DNA of 64,000 nucleotides from assembly GCA_051362555.1 (NCBI GenBank), contig CM120640.1:806001-870000 (forward strand), in the 5' to 3' direction. The stretch is from Lingula anatina. Its lineage: Eukaryota; Animalia; Brachiopoda. Under the pieces are notes generated by a model that did no database searches, had not been told where the DNA came from, and saw only the letters and a list, made by a program, of their open reading frames with translations. Positions 26,758 to 39,573 of the stretch are shown piece after piece. The position numbers were made by a program, and so were the translations under genes. How positions within the stretch are numbered: position 1 is the stretch's first letter; the number at the start of each line of letters is the position of its first letter.

Positions 26758-28858
26758 AAAAACAGATAGGCCAATTGTCATGAAAGTCACAGGAGTGGTC
26801 AATTTTACTAAAACGCAGCTTGCGTTCGTAAATCAGCATAATCGTGCCATTATTTTAGAAGGTGTGCCGTTTTTTTACATTTCCTCAGATTCAATTCTTA
26901 GGCATGTTAACAGTCTCATTATTAAACTAATAAGATACGTAAAAGTGTTTGTTTGACATTTCCTGCATCTTTACAACATTGTTAGTTGATTATGTAAAAA
27001 TGATGGTAAACTTTTTATCGTGTATTGTGTAATAAAGTGTCAAAAATGGAAATAAACTCATATCATTGCAGTTTGTCAGATTCAATCATCCACTATGTTC
27101 AGAATCTCAGAATGGAGGAAATTGGACATTTAACACTATTATATTGATATTTTTCCAATCTCATCAATTTTCTTAGTTGATCATATAAAAATGGCAGAAA
27201 ACTGTTCATTTTGTTTTATGTTAAAAATTGTTAAAAATGGAAATAAACCCATTTCAGAACAGTGCTGTCTTGTTTACATTTTGGCATTTTCAAGTTGTGG
27301 CTTTGAAGTTCCATGGGCCTGAAGACCTTTGCTAGTCACATTTTCTGAATATCCATGATACTAATATTTTATTCTTAAAAATTGATGGTCATTATGCTGT
27401 TAAACATTATGTAATATTGCGTCAAAATTTGAAAAAAACCTATTTTGGGCACTGCTCCCATGATGACCATTTAAGAAAAACCATGTCACTTACTGTTCTC
27501 AAACAGTACAGTAAATATGTACAGATGTGTCTGTACATATTGCCATCACCTGCGTCTGTCGTCGCCGTCATCGCCGTTGCCGGCACCTTGCACTTTCATT
27601 GTAAACACGATAAGTGGAAGGCAGTTTTACTTTTGGGCTTTATATTTAAAGAGCTGATGAATATTCATAAAACGCAGGTCAAGTGCGAAAATCAGGATGA
27701 TCGGGCCATTATTGTAGAAGTTATGCTTTTTTCTTTCACTTTTCAACATATATGCAACACTGTAAACACATTTCAAGGAAAACCGATAGGCTTGTTGTCG
27801 TGAAACTCTCAGGAGTAATCAATCTTACTAAAACGGAGGTCAAGTTCGAAAATCAGCATGCAGCCTGAGTTGGAAAAGCAGTCTAATTGGCTTCTTTTTC
27901 TGGAAGTTATACATTTTCAAAGTGTGACCTTGAACTCTCATGGGCCTGAAGCCTTATGCTTGTTACACATTTTACTTTCATTGGTATTTCCTGTTGAGCA
28001 TAATTAAAATTTGATGTTGAATTTACAGTTTAACATAATGTACTTTTGCATCAGAATTGACAGTAGCCTATTTTGTGCATAGTTATTTCCTGCTTTTTGT
28101 CTGTACATTTGACAGCTTTGCTGCCTTGTTACTATTGTTCATCAATCCTTTGTGCCAATTATTTTATATTTGACAGTGTGTTTATTTTAGTTATAAAAGT
28201 AAGATAACCTCAACAGTATTCGTTGTGAGATTTGTGGTGCTAACTGCATTATGAATTAGAAACTTTTATTGTTATCTGGTGCTCATGTTTGAATTATATT
28301 TTGTAGAATTTTATTTAGTCTCTACTTTGATACTTAATGATATATTCTCAACAAGTATTACATTTTACATAGATTTAATAAACATTTTTTTACTTATATT
28401 CATTGTTTTGTAATACAGATCAAATACTTCAGACTTGATCTTCTTCATTCAATAAATAACAAAATCCTAAATATGTTCAGTTATAAAGAATTTTAAATTA
28501 AACAAATTTCATGTCTTATAAAGCCCAACAAAATGAAATAAAACAACAGTGATTGAGGGCAGCCATATTGGCTTTCCTTAGGGATGTGGGAGAGTGCAGA
28601 CAGTGGCGCCACCACCTGGTGGTGGCCAGATTTGGTATTAATGGCTGTAGGGCATAGAGCAGTATTCACTACAGGGGACAATGAGTGTGTCACATTGTGA
28701 GTAATGGTAACCAGTGTTCGAAATTAACTTTTTTGCTAGGAGGCAACTACTTGCTCCCTGGTCTGAAAGTTGGAGGCAACTTGGACTTACCTAGAGGCAA
28801 ATTCTTATAGATAATAGTTCAGCCCCATCCAACCGCCCTAGCATCATGTGAATGATCA

Positions 28859-31004
28859 CTACTGGTCTGCGTGAGGCCCATGAGGCAAGATAGTTGGCCT
28901 CCTTGCCCTCTCTCCAGTCAACCACCACCTGTTAACTGCAGGTAGAGGGTCATATTGTCTCAGGGCTTGAGGCCCAGCTATTTTCACTCTCATTAATGTG
29001 TCCAAAGTTGGGGTTGCCAAATTGCAACGCCAGTCGTTCTTAATCCTTTTCATGGTAGAAAACCCCCTCTCACAGCATGCAGTTGAGAGCGGGTAAGTCT
29101 CTACCAAGAAGATCACCTTCAAAATTGAAGCAAACTCGTCCCTTTCCTGATCTGTTAAATAGAATCTTTCCCATAGGGAATTAGGGTGGAGGCTCTTTAA
29201 GTTCACATTACCCTGAACAAGAGTTTTAAGTTCTTCCCACTGGAGGTTTACATCATTTGCATTAACTGGAGGGTTTGTATTGGCCAACACTTGTTCAAAA
29301 TGTCTGAGCAGTGTCTGGAGATCTTCTCGCCCAAAAGCAGTCAGATCATTGCGATTGTCTGGCCAGTTTCTTGGATCAAAGATCTGAGCTGCCTTAAAAA
29401 TATCAGTCCCACCAAGAATGTTTCCAAACTTTCTGTCCATTATTTGCAGTAGTGAGTTGATGATAATCTCTCTGTCTGTCTCAAACACTTCTGGCTGGAT
29501 TACATTTCTAAGAGTTTGACCTTTGAACACAGCGCCATTTACATGTTGATAGAAAGACTCAAGGTAGGATCCATTCACAGTCAGGAGGGATGTCAACATA
29601 AGCTGAACATGCTCACACTTCAGAACCACACTAGGAACTGTTATGTCATCTCTTTGAAATAAAAGGGACAACTGGGACATCTGGTCAAACACATCGAGGA
29701 GAAAATGCATGTAGAGGACCACTTTGTATTGAAGCAATCTGTTGTTGATTCCTCTGGCTTTTGCCCTGTCTTCTGCTCGATTTGTCATGTCAGAAGCATA
29801 GCTTTCTAGGTGAACAACAATAGATCTCCAGGTTTTTTCCAACTTTGCTAAGGCTTTCTGTTTATGCTCAACCCACCTTGTCCCGTTTGCTCGTTCAGGC
29901 TTTAAGAACTGCTCATCCATAATGTCAGCAATACTTTCTAATTCTCGTAGCCTTTTGGGAGAACCTTTGTAGAAATAATAAACAGAAACCAGAATATTGA
30001 CAATTTCGTCCATGTATGTGTCTTTTAAACAGTCCTTTATTGCAAGCTCTAGTCTGTGTGCAAGACAATGGATTTGGACTAGCCATGGGACATCCCGTTG
30101 TAAAATTGCTGCAACACCATTTGTCTTTCCCGTCATTACGCTTGCACCATCACTGCCGAATCCAATCATTTTAGCTCGCCACTCAGCACCATCCATGTCA
30201 AAGTCTGCAAAAGCCTCGTCTATAGCTTGAACAATCCCATCTGCTTTACCACTTTTTACATCTACTAGTTTCATATATAAGAATGTTGGCAGACCATTTT
30301 TCACAATTCTTACATACACTATTTCTTTCTCAACCTCACTCCTGTCTGTACTAGAGTCACAGAGTACCGAGAAGAAGTCTGCATCTTTTAACATTTGTTT
30401 TAATTCATCATGATAGATGCTACCAATAACATCAATGAATACCTTACACTGTTTGTCATTTCTGTAAGAGTCACCAACACTTACACCATTCCACTCAAGG
30501 AGGTCTAAGCATCTAGGAAATTCAACAAAAGGTTTTTTTCGTAGAATGCAACATAGAACGCAGTCTTGAAAAGTTTCACCATCTTTTCCTCCACTGACTT
30601 TTCCATATTCTGTAACCCTTTCAAAATGTCAGTTGGATGATTTGTTTCAACACGGTGTCTTGCCAACTTTGCTTCAACAGAATCTTGGTGGAATGTACTT
30701 TGAAAATGTTTTTGGAGTGGACACTTTTTTATGTTACTTGTACCAACAGCAAATGGGACTGTCTTATCCTTACTAAACTGTGTACATACAGAGCACCAGA
30801 TTTTTGAAACGATAAGGCCTTTGGAATCTTTTTCACACACCTCCCTAGTTTCAAAATCTATATATTTGCCATTTTCTTTGAATTCAGTTTTCCATTTCTG
30901 AACTGTACTTGGACGAACAGCCATATTGACAGGTGTTTTCAGTGTTTTTGCCTTTTTTGAATTTGGCTCAGCAGCTCCAGCTTTGTCTGCCGATTGGTTT
31001 TCAT
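28859..31004 (-). CDS. hAT transposase (ZNF862-like) exon 2; one frameshift in a homopolymer at 30533-30539
   Basis: Zn-finger-like WCSVC...KHFQSTFH, SVLCDSSTD, GFGSDGASVMTG, IHCLAHRLELA, TRW, STACCERGFSTMKRIK dimerisation motif; acceptor tttttgcAG at 31005. Confidence 0.9.
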
Positions 31005-31406
31005 CTGCAAAAATAGTAATCCGAGCGAAAGTTTTAAAAATCTGATAGAATTTGGGTAGATCTATAGATCTATATCAGTCCTTCAAGGAGAATACAAGAT
31101 ATTTTCAAAATAACTCTTTTATTTCAGAACAGATCTAGACTATATTATAATGATATATTTAGAATCACCTTTTATAATTGTCTCAGTTAGACGATTCCAA
31201 AAAGTGGCCACAACATATGGTTTTATGGAGAAATGAAAAGTCACTATTTCAAAACCCATAGATCTATAGCACTGATACAATATAACTTCAAAATGGACTT
31301 TAGTAAATTGACAAATCGATCAAGCAGTGCAGGAATACTGTATTGCTGCATATTTATGCACTTACACTAGTCATGCACTGCGAGCGCCACGAAAGGCAGA
31401 ATAAAC

Positions 31407-31950
31407 GGTACTTTTGTAGTATACCCCCCCCCCCACCCTGTAACTTTCTGTAACTTTCACTTTTCAAACAGTTTTTTACATTTTCTTGTTCATCTATGTC
31501 AAAGCTGTTGAAATAAAATGCTTTTGTAATAACCTGTGGTCTTTTTATTTGTTGATGTGAGAATCTACAATTTTCACTAGCAGTCAATAACTTGCCGGGT
31601 TTTCGTTGGCTAACTCTAAGGTAATTTTATGTGAACAAGTAGCTCAAAATAATTTCACAGAGAAAGTCCAATTATACAATGTAGCAATCTTATGTTCACT
31701 TGAAATTACCTTAGAGTTAGCCAACGAAAACGCGGCAAGTTATTGACTGCGGGTGCATTGTAGATTTTCACACTGTATTTCAATGGGCTGGATTAAACGT
31801 GATTAAAACTAATAAAAAGACCACAGGTAATTACAAAAGCATTTTATTTCAACAGCTTTAGCATAGATGAACAAGGCAACGTAAAAAAAAATGTTTGAAA
31901 AGTGAAAGTTACGGGGGGGGGGGGGGGGGGGGGTATACTACAAAAGTACC
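31407..31950. mobile_element. Merlin-like MITE in the hAT transposase intron
   Basis: TIR GGTACTTTTGTAGTATACCC, exact 8-bp TSD GAATAAAC, largely palindromic body; second copy at 61320-61882. Confidence 0.8.
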
Positions 31951-32061
31951 GAATAAACGAAGCACGAGGATAAAACCTCAATAAATCTACTTCGACTGTT
32001 TTCTGCGTGTACGGAACGTAGATTTAGCTGCAATTTGTATGAAACAAATGTCACATTTTAC

Positions 32062-32152
32062 CTTGCTCAGTGGAAGTGCTCTCGCTCGGATTACAGGTAG
32101 CAGCCGATGGATTTTTACGCTTCGGCGAACATAAAAAATTCCGGATGTCCAT
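32062..32152 (-). CDS. hAT transposase exon 1
   Basis: MDIRNFLCSPKRKNPSAATCNPSESTSTEQ, donor AAG|GTAAAA phase 1; joins exon 2 in frame (DENQSADKAG...PVNMAVRP). Confidence 0.75.
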
Positions 32153-32613
32153 GATTTGCTTTTGGCGGAAATGAGAAGCTGTGCACTGCGACTGCGCAAA
32201 CTTTCGGAACCAATCGACAAATGCCGCCGCCCAATTAGAATAGTTCAATTTGCCGCGGATGTAACATAAACATTAGTAAGATCATTTGCATATTCGTAGT
32301 GCACATGCGCCTCAAACAGTTGCGATTATATAGGTCACATAACTATGTTTAGAACTTCGGAAAAACAACATTTCATGGAGTAAACAAGTGGGAGGCAAGT
32401 AAAACATCGATCGCAAGTAAACTTTTAATAACTTTATTTTCAGTCTCCAAAATTTCTTGGAGGCAACTTTTTGCCACCGGCTTTCAGACCAGGGGGCAAC
32501 TTGGTTAAACTAGGAGGCAAAACTGCCTCTTGCCACCGTTAATTTCGAACGCTGGTAACCATCAAATAATAAATATAATACTACTGAAAGTAGCTATTAA
32601 ACCTTGATTACAG

Positions 32614-32886
32614 TACCATCAGAACCACTCATTAGTTACCAAGCATCAGCGACTGACTTGACAGTGGCATGGGTCAAGATAAATGAACCAGGTGTGGACA
32701 AAATCACGATAAAATATTGGCTCCATGGAGATATTACAAGACCTTCACAGTTGCTTGATATTACTGACGTTTCTGAGACTACCGCCAGCATACATAATCT
32801 CCAGCCAGGCACTTCTTATACAGCAGAAGTCGCTTTTCACTGTGGAGACAAATCAAGAACAAGTGGTCTGATTGATATTATTACTG
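32614..32886 (+). CDS. FN3-domain exon
   Basis: PSEP...LTVAW...IKYW...NLQPGTSYTAEV; AG acceptor, G|GTAAGT donor, phase 1-1. Confidence 0.9.
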
Positions 32887-33328
32887 GTAAGTCTGGTGAT
32901 ATTACTTCTAGTGACTTTTGACTTTGCCGTATATACCTGTCTACAAAACTACTTTTGATACGAAAGACAGTATGATCCTTGACATAGAGGAATATAAGTT
33001 CTGTAAAAGAAGCCAGACATGACAGGGTTGAACAATTGTACAACCCAACTTCAGCAAGTAAAATGGTCTGAGATTCCAACAACCACATCAGTGAGACTGA
33101 TGACTCTGGGAGACATCCTGCATAAACTGTCACCACTTGACACCGGTGAAAAACAGCAGGCCATTTTGAAATTTATTTAATTTTATAAAATTACAGAGGA
33201 GAAGTACATATTTTAATAGTACTTTTTTAAAAAAGTAAATTTATATATTATGGTACAGTCAATCACAGACCAATTGAACACCTTTACATCAGATTGATAA
33301 TGTTCAATTGGTTACTTTTATTTTGCAG

Positions 33329-33589
33329 AGCTTCTCCCTCCAGCAACAATTTTCCTCACGTCAGTATCTACTTCAACGGCCAACATCGAATGGGACAAGC
33401 CATATGGCCAGTACGACCACATGGTTGTCACTCTGACCGACTTGACAACTAACAAAGTATACGAGAAAATAACAAAAGAACTCAGCATAAGCTACACTCG
33501 ACTCCATCCTGCTACTTGTTACCGTGTATCTGTCATGACGGTAAAAGTAACAAAGAAAAGTGCTGTTATGGCCTACAATTTCAATACAG
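33329..33589 (+). CDS. FN3-domain exon
   Basis: LLPPATIFLTSVSTSTANIEWDKP...LHPATCYRVSV; ttttgcAG / G|GTACCG, phase 1-1. Confidence 0.88.
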
Positions 33590-33647
33590 GTACCGGGTAT
33601 AATCTTTTTCACACACAAAGCAAAGTATTGCAGTGTACGAGCATGAA

Positions 33648-33693
<46 letters not shown>

Positions 33694-33924
33694 TTGATAA
33701 AATTAATCAAATGTTTATTTTATTTTACTGACAGTTATTACAGACATAAATTAGATGTATTTAAAGTGCAAGCATTGCACAAGCAATTTAGCAGATTACA
33801 AAGTGATGTTTTTTTTATTGGATACTGATAGCTTATCCTCATAAAATTTGATGCTTACGTTGAACAATGTTTATTTGTGCAATTGTTACTTTCTTGTTTT
33901 CGTTACCTGTTGGTTATTTTACAG

Positions 33925-34203
33925 TTCCTTTGCCTCCCACGGGTATTTCTGTCATCCCCGGAGCGAATACAGCAAACATATCTTGGACCTATCCAGATAA
34001 ACTGGAGATCAGCGACATCTCTTTTGAAATCACGTATTGGGAAATGAACGTTCCCAGATCTAAACCCTTTACGATGGTGTCTTCTAAAACTTTGCAGACA
34101 ACAATTAAGCCATTAACACCAGGGTCACAGTACAAGGTTCAAGTGAAGGCTGTCCTTCAAGGAATGAGGAATGAAGATTTCCGGGAAGTAACATTTTTTA
34201 CAG
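33925..34203 (+). CDS. FN3-domain exon
   Basis: PLPPTGISV...ANISWTYP...LTPGSQYKVQVKAV; ttttacAG / G|GTAAAT, phase 1-1. Confidence 0.9.
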
Positions 34204-34722
34204 GTAAATAAATAACATTTTCCTGAGTTTTAGTAATGATAGAATAGTATTAACAGGAACCTTTGACTAAAAGAAACTTGTTTTTATTACAACCTCTTAT
34301 TGATTCATGATTGTTCATTAAATGTTTAAACAAAGAATAAATGGATATTGTGATAAATTAGTTCAAACATAGTTACTGTGTATGCACATGTTCAAGTAAA
34401 ATCAGAAACACTTATAATAAAAGTTTTGTTAAACAACCACTAAACCTCACGTATCTGCATGAATTATGTTGTTGATTTTAATTCCTATAAGAAATTATAA
34501 CAAATATAAACCCAGCACGCATAGTGACATCGGATCAACGTTAAAAACAGGTTGGGCCATTGACCTACCTAAATTCAACGTCGAATCAATGTCGAACCAG
34601 CCACATCAAAAAGCCGTCATAATGTGACATAGGTTCAACATTGTATCTTGGTCATCCTGATGCTAGACATGGAACGTAAATTAAAATATTATTGGGCTGA
34701 TGCAGAGTCAGCTAGTATTATT

Positions 34723-36400
34723 AGTACCACCAGCGTGTACGCTGGCCGTACTCATGGTTTTAGTCCAGACCTGTATCTTACGGCTCCGTAAGCTCTGCCG
34801 GCTCCGCAGGGTGGCGTGGGATACAAGTCACCGTTACCGCTTCTCCTCCTAGACCACACGAACCTGTGTCCCCATCTCTTGGATTTAGGTCACATATAAT
34901 CTCAGCTTGAACCCCCTGTTTTTTTTTTGTCTCAGTCGGTGCAATCACTTGGGCGTGACACTCGATGAAGTGCACCCTTGTCAAATTTTTTGAAAATTCA
35001 ATGCTATATATCTCCTAAACGGAAGGAATTATGGGAAAAATTAGTATAGAAGTCTGACCGAAAGTCATATATGAGGATTTCAAATATACCTTTGGATTTG
35101 ACCTTTGACCTTTTTTCAAGGTCAAACAGGCCAAAATTTTCTAAAAGTGAGAACTTTTTGCAAAAAATCTTTTATTTGTGCCGAATTCCAGAAACTACAC
35201 AGTTTATCACTCATATTATAGTGAGGGGATACAATTAGGGACTCCTTTCATCTTTGGGAGTTTGGGGTCAATCGGTGCATTTTCATGGGAGAAACGGCCA
35301 TAAGATGCTAAAACTGAAAACTCTCCCTAATTTTGGAACCATAAATGCTAGAGACCTCTTGATTTTTGCATTATGTAGAGCTTGTCAAGCACAATACTGA
35401 AAGTGGTGACCATTTTTTTGTTTGCGATACGGTCAAGGAGTTGAGCTATATCAAAAAGCACAACTGAGCAATATTCAATGGTGAAAATAAAATGTGAAGT
35501 ACTCCAAAACTAGCTGAGATACACCCATAGTTACTATTGAACTTGAATAGGAAGTCATAGACTGGCAATGTAACTGTGACCTTGAATTTGACCTTCGACC
35601 TACTTTTTACCATGAACTGAACTTGGCAATTTTTCTATCCCTTATATCTCCAAAACTAGCAGAAATAAACCCATAGTTACTATTGAAGGTGAATAGGAAG
35701 TCACATACTGACAATCTAACTGTGACCTTGAAATTGACCATTGACCTACTTTTGACCATGCACTGAACTTTGCAATTTTTCCATCTCTTTTATCTCCAAT
35801 ACTGGCAGAGATACACCCATGGTTACTTTTGAACTTGAATAGGAAGTCACATACTGACAATCTAACTGTGACCTTGACATTGACCTTTGACCTACTTTTG
35901 ACCATGCACTGAACTTTGCAATTTTTCCATCTCTTTTATCTCCAATACTGGCAGAGATACACCCATGGTTACTTTTGAACTTGAATAGGAAGTCACATAC
36001 TGACAATCTAAGTGTGACCTTGAAATTGACCTTTGACCTACTTTTGACCATGCACTGAACTTTGCAAATTTTCTATCCCTTATATTTCCAAAACTGGCAG
36101 AGATAGGCCTATTTCTTTCTTTCAACATATATGCAACACTGATTATGCATTTCAAAGAAAACTGACAAGCCTATTGTCTTGAAAACCAGCTTGATCAGAC
36201 GATTTTTATTAAAGTTGTGCTGTTTTTTTTATTTTTGGGGAAGGGGCATATTTCTTGTCTTGTTTTTTTGCATTTTGAAGAGCTTGTCAAACACAACACT
36301 GGTGGTTGTTCCTGTTTGTTTTTGGTTTTCCATACGAATGCGCTTACTCCAGCTGGTGGTACAATATCCGGAGGCGGTATCGCCTCTCTGATCCTCTAGT
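34723..36400 (+). mobile_element. HINE-B element, complete
   Basis: 5' palindrome AGTACCACCAGCGTGTACGCTGGCCGTACT, 146-bp tandem array at ~35500-36105, 3' subTIR CTGGTGGTAC, hairpin GAGGCGGTATCGCCTC, CTAGT end. Confidence 0.8.
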
Positions 36401-36513
36401 TATTTATTAAAAACATGATACAATTTCTAAATAAAGGCCTAGTATATATAACAATGAATTAAAATGAATTTACGGCAGCTGCATGGTATATGTTGCGATG
36501 AGTAATAATTATT

Positions 36514-38460
36514 AGTACCACCAGCGTGTACGCTGGCGGTACTCATGGTTTTAGTCCCGACCCGTCTCGTCCGGCTCCGCCGGCTCCGCGTACTGGCGCC
36601 GGATACAAGTCACCGTTACCGCTTCTCCTCCTAGACCGCAAGGACCCCTGTCCCCATCTCTTGGATCTAGGTCACATATAACCTCAACTTGAACCCCCAG
36701 GTTTTTTTGTCTCAGTCGCTGCATTGACCTGGGCGTGACGCTCCTTGAAATGCACCCTTGTCAAAATTTTTGAAAATTCAATGCCAATTATCTACCCTAC
36801 GGAAGGAATTATGGGAAAATTTTCTACAGACAGCTTTCCAAAAGTCATATGTGTAGATTTCAAATATGCCCTTGGATTTGACCTTTGACCTTTATTTCAA
36901 GGTCAAACGGGCCAAAATTTAAAAAAAAATGAAATTTTTTAAGAAAAAAAATATTATTTGCCCTGTTATTCAGACACCACACAGACTTAACCAATAATAT
37001 TATTGGAAAGTGTTACCCTTCAGGTCATCTTTCATCTCCATGAATTTGGGGTCAATCGGTGCATTTTCTTGGGAGTAGCGGCCATAAGATGCCAAAACTG
37101 AAAACTGTCTCTAATTCGGGAACCGTTAATGCTAGAGACCCATTCTTTTTTGCATTTTGTAGAGCATGTAAAGCCCAACACTGGAGGTGGTCTCCGTTTT
37201 TTTGTATTCCAAACGGTTTTCGTGTTATGCTGTATTAAAAAGTACTTTGTGGTGGCACATTATTGTAACTCAGAATTGTAACATTTAGTCCCTTATATCT
37301 CCAAAACTGGCCGAGATAGGTCAATAGTTATTATTTAAGTTGAATAGGAAGTCATTTACTTGCAATCTAGATGTGAGCTTGAAATTGACCTTTGACCTAC
37401 TTTTCACCATGAACTGAACTTTGCAAATTATTGTTCCCTTTTATCTCCAAAACTGGCAGAGATAGGTCAATAGTTACTATTGAACTTGAATAGGAAGTCA
37501 CATACTGGCAATTTAACAGTGACCTTAAAATTGACCTTTGACCTACTTTTCACCATGAATTGAACTTTGCCAATTTTCGTTCCCTTTAATCCCCAAAACT
37601 GACAGAGATAGGTCCATAGTCACTATTGAACTTGAATAGGAAGTCATATACTGACAATTTACTATGACCTTAAATTTGACCTTTGACCTACTTTTTACCA
37701 TGAACTGAACTTTGCAAATTTTTGTTCCCTTTTATCTCCAAAACTGGCAAAGATACGCCCATAGTTACTATTGAATTTGAATAGAAAGTCATTAGAGGCA
37801 ATTTATTTTGACCTTAAAATTGACCTTTAACCTACTTTTCACCATGAACTGAACTTTGAAAATATTTGTTCCCTTTTATCTCCAAAACTGGCAGAGATAG
37901 GTCCATAGTTACCATTGAACTTGAATAGGAAGTCATATACTGGCAATCTAAGTGGGACCTTGAAATTGACCTTTGACCTACTTTTCATCATGAATTGAAC
38001 TTTGCAGATTTTCTTTCCCTTTTATCTCCAAAACTGGCAGAGATAGGTCCATAGTTACTATTGAACTTAAATAGGAAGTCATATTTACTGGCAATTTACT
38101 GTGACCTTAAAATTGACCTTTGACCGTCTTTTTACTATGAACTGAACTTAGCAAATTTTCGTTCACCTTTATCTTCAAAACTGACAGAGATAGGTCCATA
38201 GTTACTATTGAACTTGAATAGGAAGTACACTAGCAATCTGTGACCTTGAAACTGACCTTTGACCTACTTTTTATGATGAACTGCTTTTTGCATGTTTTCT
38301 GGCCTTTAAATCTGCAAAATTGGCAAAGAATTGCCCATGGTTGCTATTGAACTTGAATAGAAATTCATATACTATGATATTGAAATTGACCTTTGACCTA
38401 CTTTTTCACCATGAACTGAGCTTTGCATATTTTCTTGCCTCTCATATCTTTAAATCTAGT
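36514..38460 (+). mobile_element. HINE-B element with longer satellite array; 3' end not evident
   Basis: Same head palindrome and collinear with the 34723 copy; about eight ~145-bp units at 37290-38450. Confidence 0.75.
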
Positions 38461-39573
38461 TTCTAGCCTATTAACAGCAATAAGAGTGCCGTATAATCCA
38501 CCTCAGGCTTGTTTTATATAAAAACAAATTTACAACAGTGCTGGCCAATCTTGTATGGTTCGAATTGTAGAATCTTCGGAATATCATTACCGAAATAACC
38601 AGCATGTGATGAAAGCTTAAATAAACTATTATACTGAATATACCCCACCATCATCCTGATGTTCTATTGTTCATTACTTCCGGAAAAGATCAAATAGATA
38701 TCAGTAATGTAATGTGTAAGGATTATGAAAAACCGGTGCTTTGAAGTAAATGTGATAGTTGTTTGGTGTCTATAGTAAATTAGTGAATTTCCACAACTTG
38801 TTTTTTCAGAAATACATTCTAATAAACTTCCTCGCCAGGTCAACTAACACAAGGATGCATATGGTTATTAACTTAACTTAAGTCCAGCTAACAATGTGAT
38901 TGAGTGAAGTTAATGATGTTATCCAGTTATAGATAGATAGATATAACAGGCTAAGATGACCGTAACCTTCTTATATATAACTAAAGCTAAACTATGAAAC
39001 CCTCACCTACAGGCCATGCATGTACACCCTACATATATCTAGCCATCAAAGGTGTCATGATGCTAAACACATTCAGGCTAAAAGCGTTTGACATGCTTAT
39101 AAAGGAGTTAAACACGGTGAAATAATGAGACAAAACAGGCGCTTAGAAATATATTAAGGAACTAAATGCTGTTTTTACAGTGCATGTTTTAATTGTGTAT
39201 CAGTGTTTTTGAAAAAAAAAAAGAACATTTCAGTTCACTTTAATGTCTGTTCATGCAAGAATGTTTTCTAACAACTGGGGTTGATACAATGTTATCTGAC
39301 ATAAATAAAACATTTGTATTTGATGTTGGTCCAATCTTCAAATCCAATGTTAATCCCATGTCATGTCAATGTTGAAGTTCAACATTGTTTCGATGTTGAA
39401 ACAACATTATAATTTGCCCACTGGTAATGAGTGCATAACACACCCGCTGAATCTCCTTTCTGGTTGGTATGATATTGTTTTACTATTTTTATGGAGGTAA
39501 GTAAAAAATTTGCTTATTGTGCATTTACACAGGACTTGCTGCAAGTAGAATGCACATTAACAATTTTTTTCAG

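Larger units (their letters stand above)
16863..28129 (+). mobile_element. HINE-A composite copy hosting nested HINE-A copies
   Basis: Head palindrome at 16863, family 3' end at 28129; sequence is collinear once the inserts at 18104-21665 and 21711-26757 are removed. Confidence 0.75.
3850..28685 (+). mobile_element. piggyBac transposon inflated to ~24.8 kb by nested insertions
   Basis: TTAA (3846-3849) then TIR CTCATTGTCCCCT; reverse complement AGGGGACAATGAG ends at 28685 (right TTAA absent); transposase pseudogene inside. Confidence 0.75.
28712..32554 (-). mobile_element. hAT transposon with 5-bp TSD (hAT5-like), autonomous-type
   Basis: 17-bp TIRs CAGTGTTCGAAATTAAC / GTTAATTTCGAACGCTG, GTAAC duplicated on both sides, subterminal GAGGCAA motifs at both ends. 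Confidence 0.9.
34511..39425. mobile_element. Degenerate CCCAG-ended DNA element hosting two HINE-B copies
   Basis: CCCAGCACGCA start and imperfect TGCCCACTGG(T) end, AA on both flanks, CAACGT/AATGTTG subterminal motifs at both ends. Confidence 0.5.

Noticed and set aside
29997-30230. Plus-strand 77-aa ORF
   Set aside because: Antisense shadow of the hAT transposase
33650-33692. (TA)n tracts here and at ~21123, ~39863 and ~40198, plus long homopolymers
   Set aside because: Ordinary microsatellites; they only extend ORFs artificially (YIYIYI)
35642-36155. Three similar minus-strand ORFs
   Set aside because: Translations of the 146-bp satellite in shifting frames
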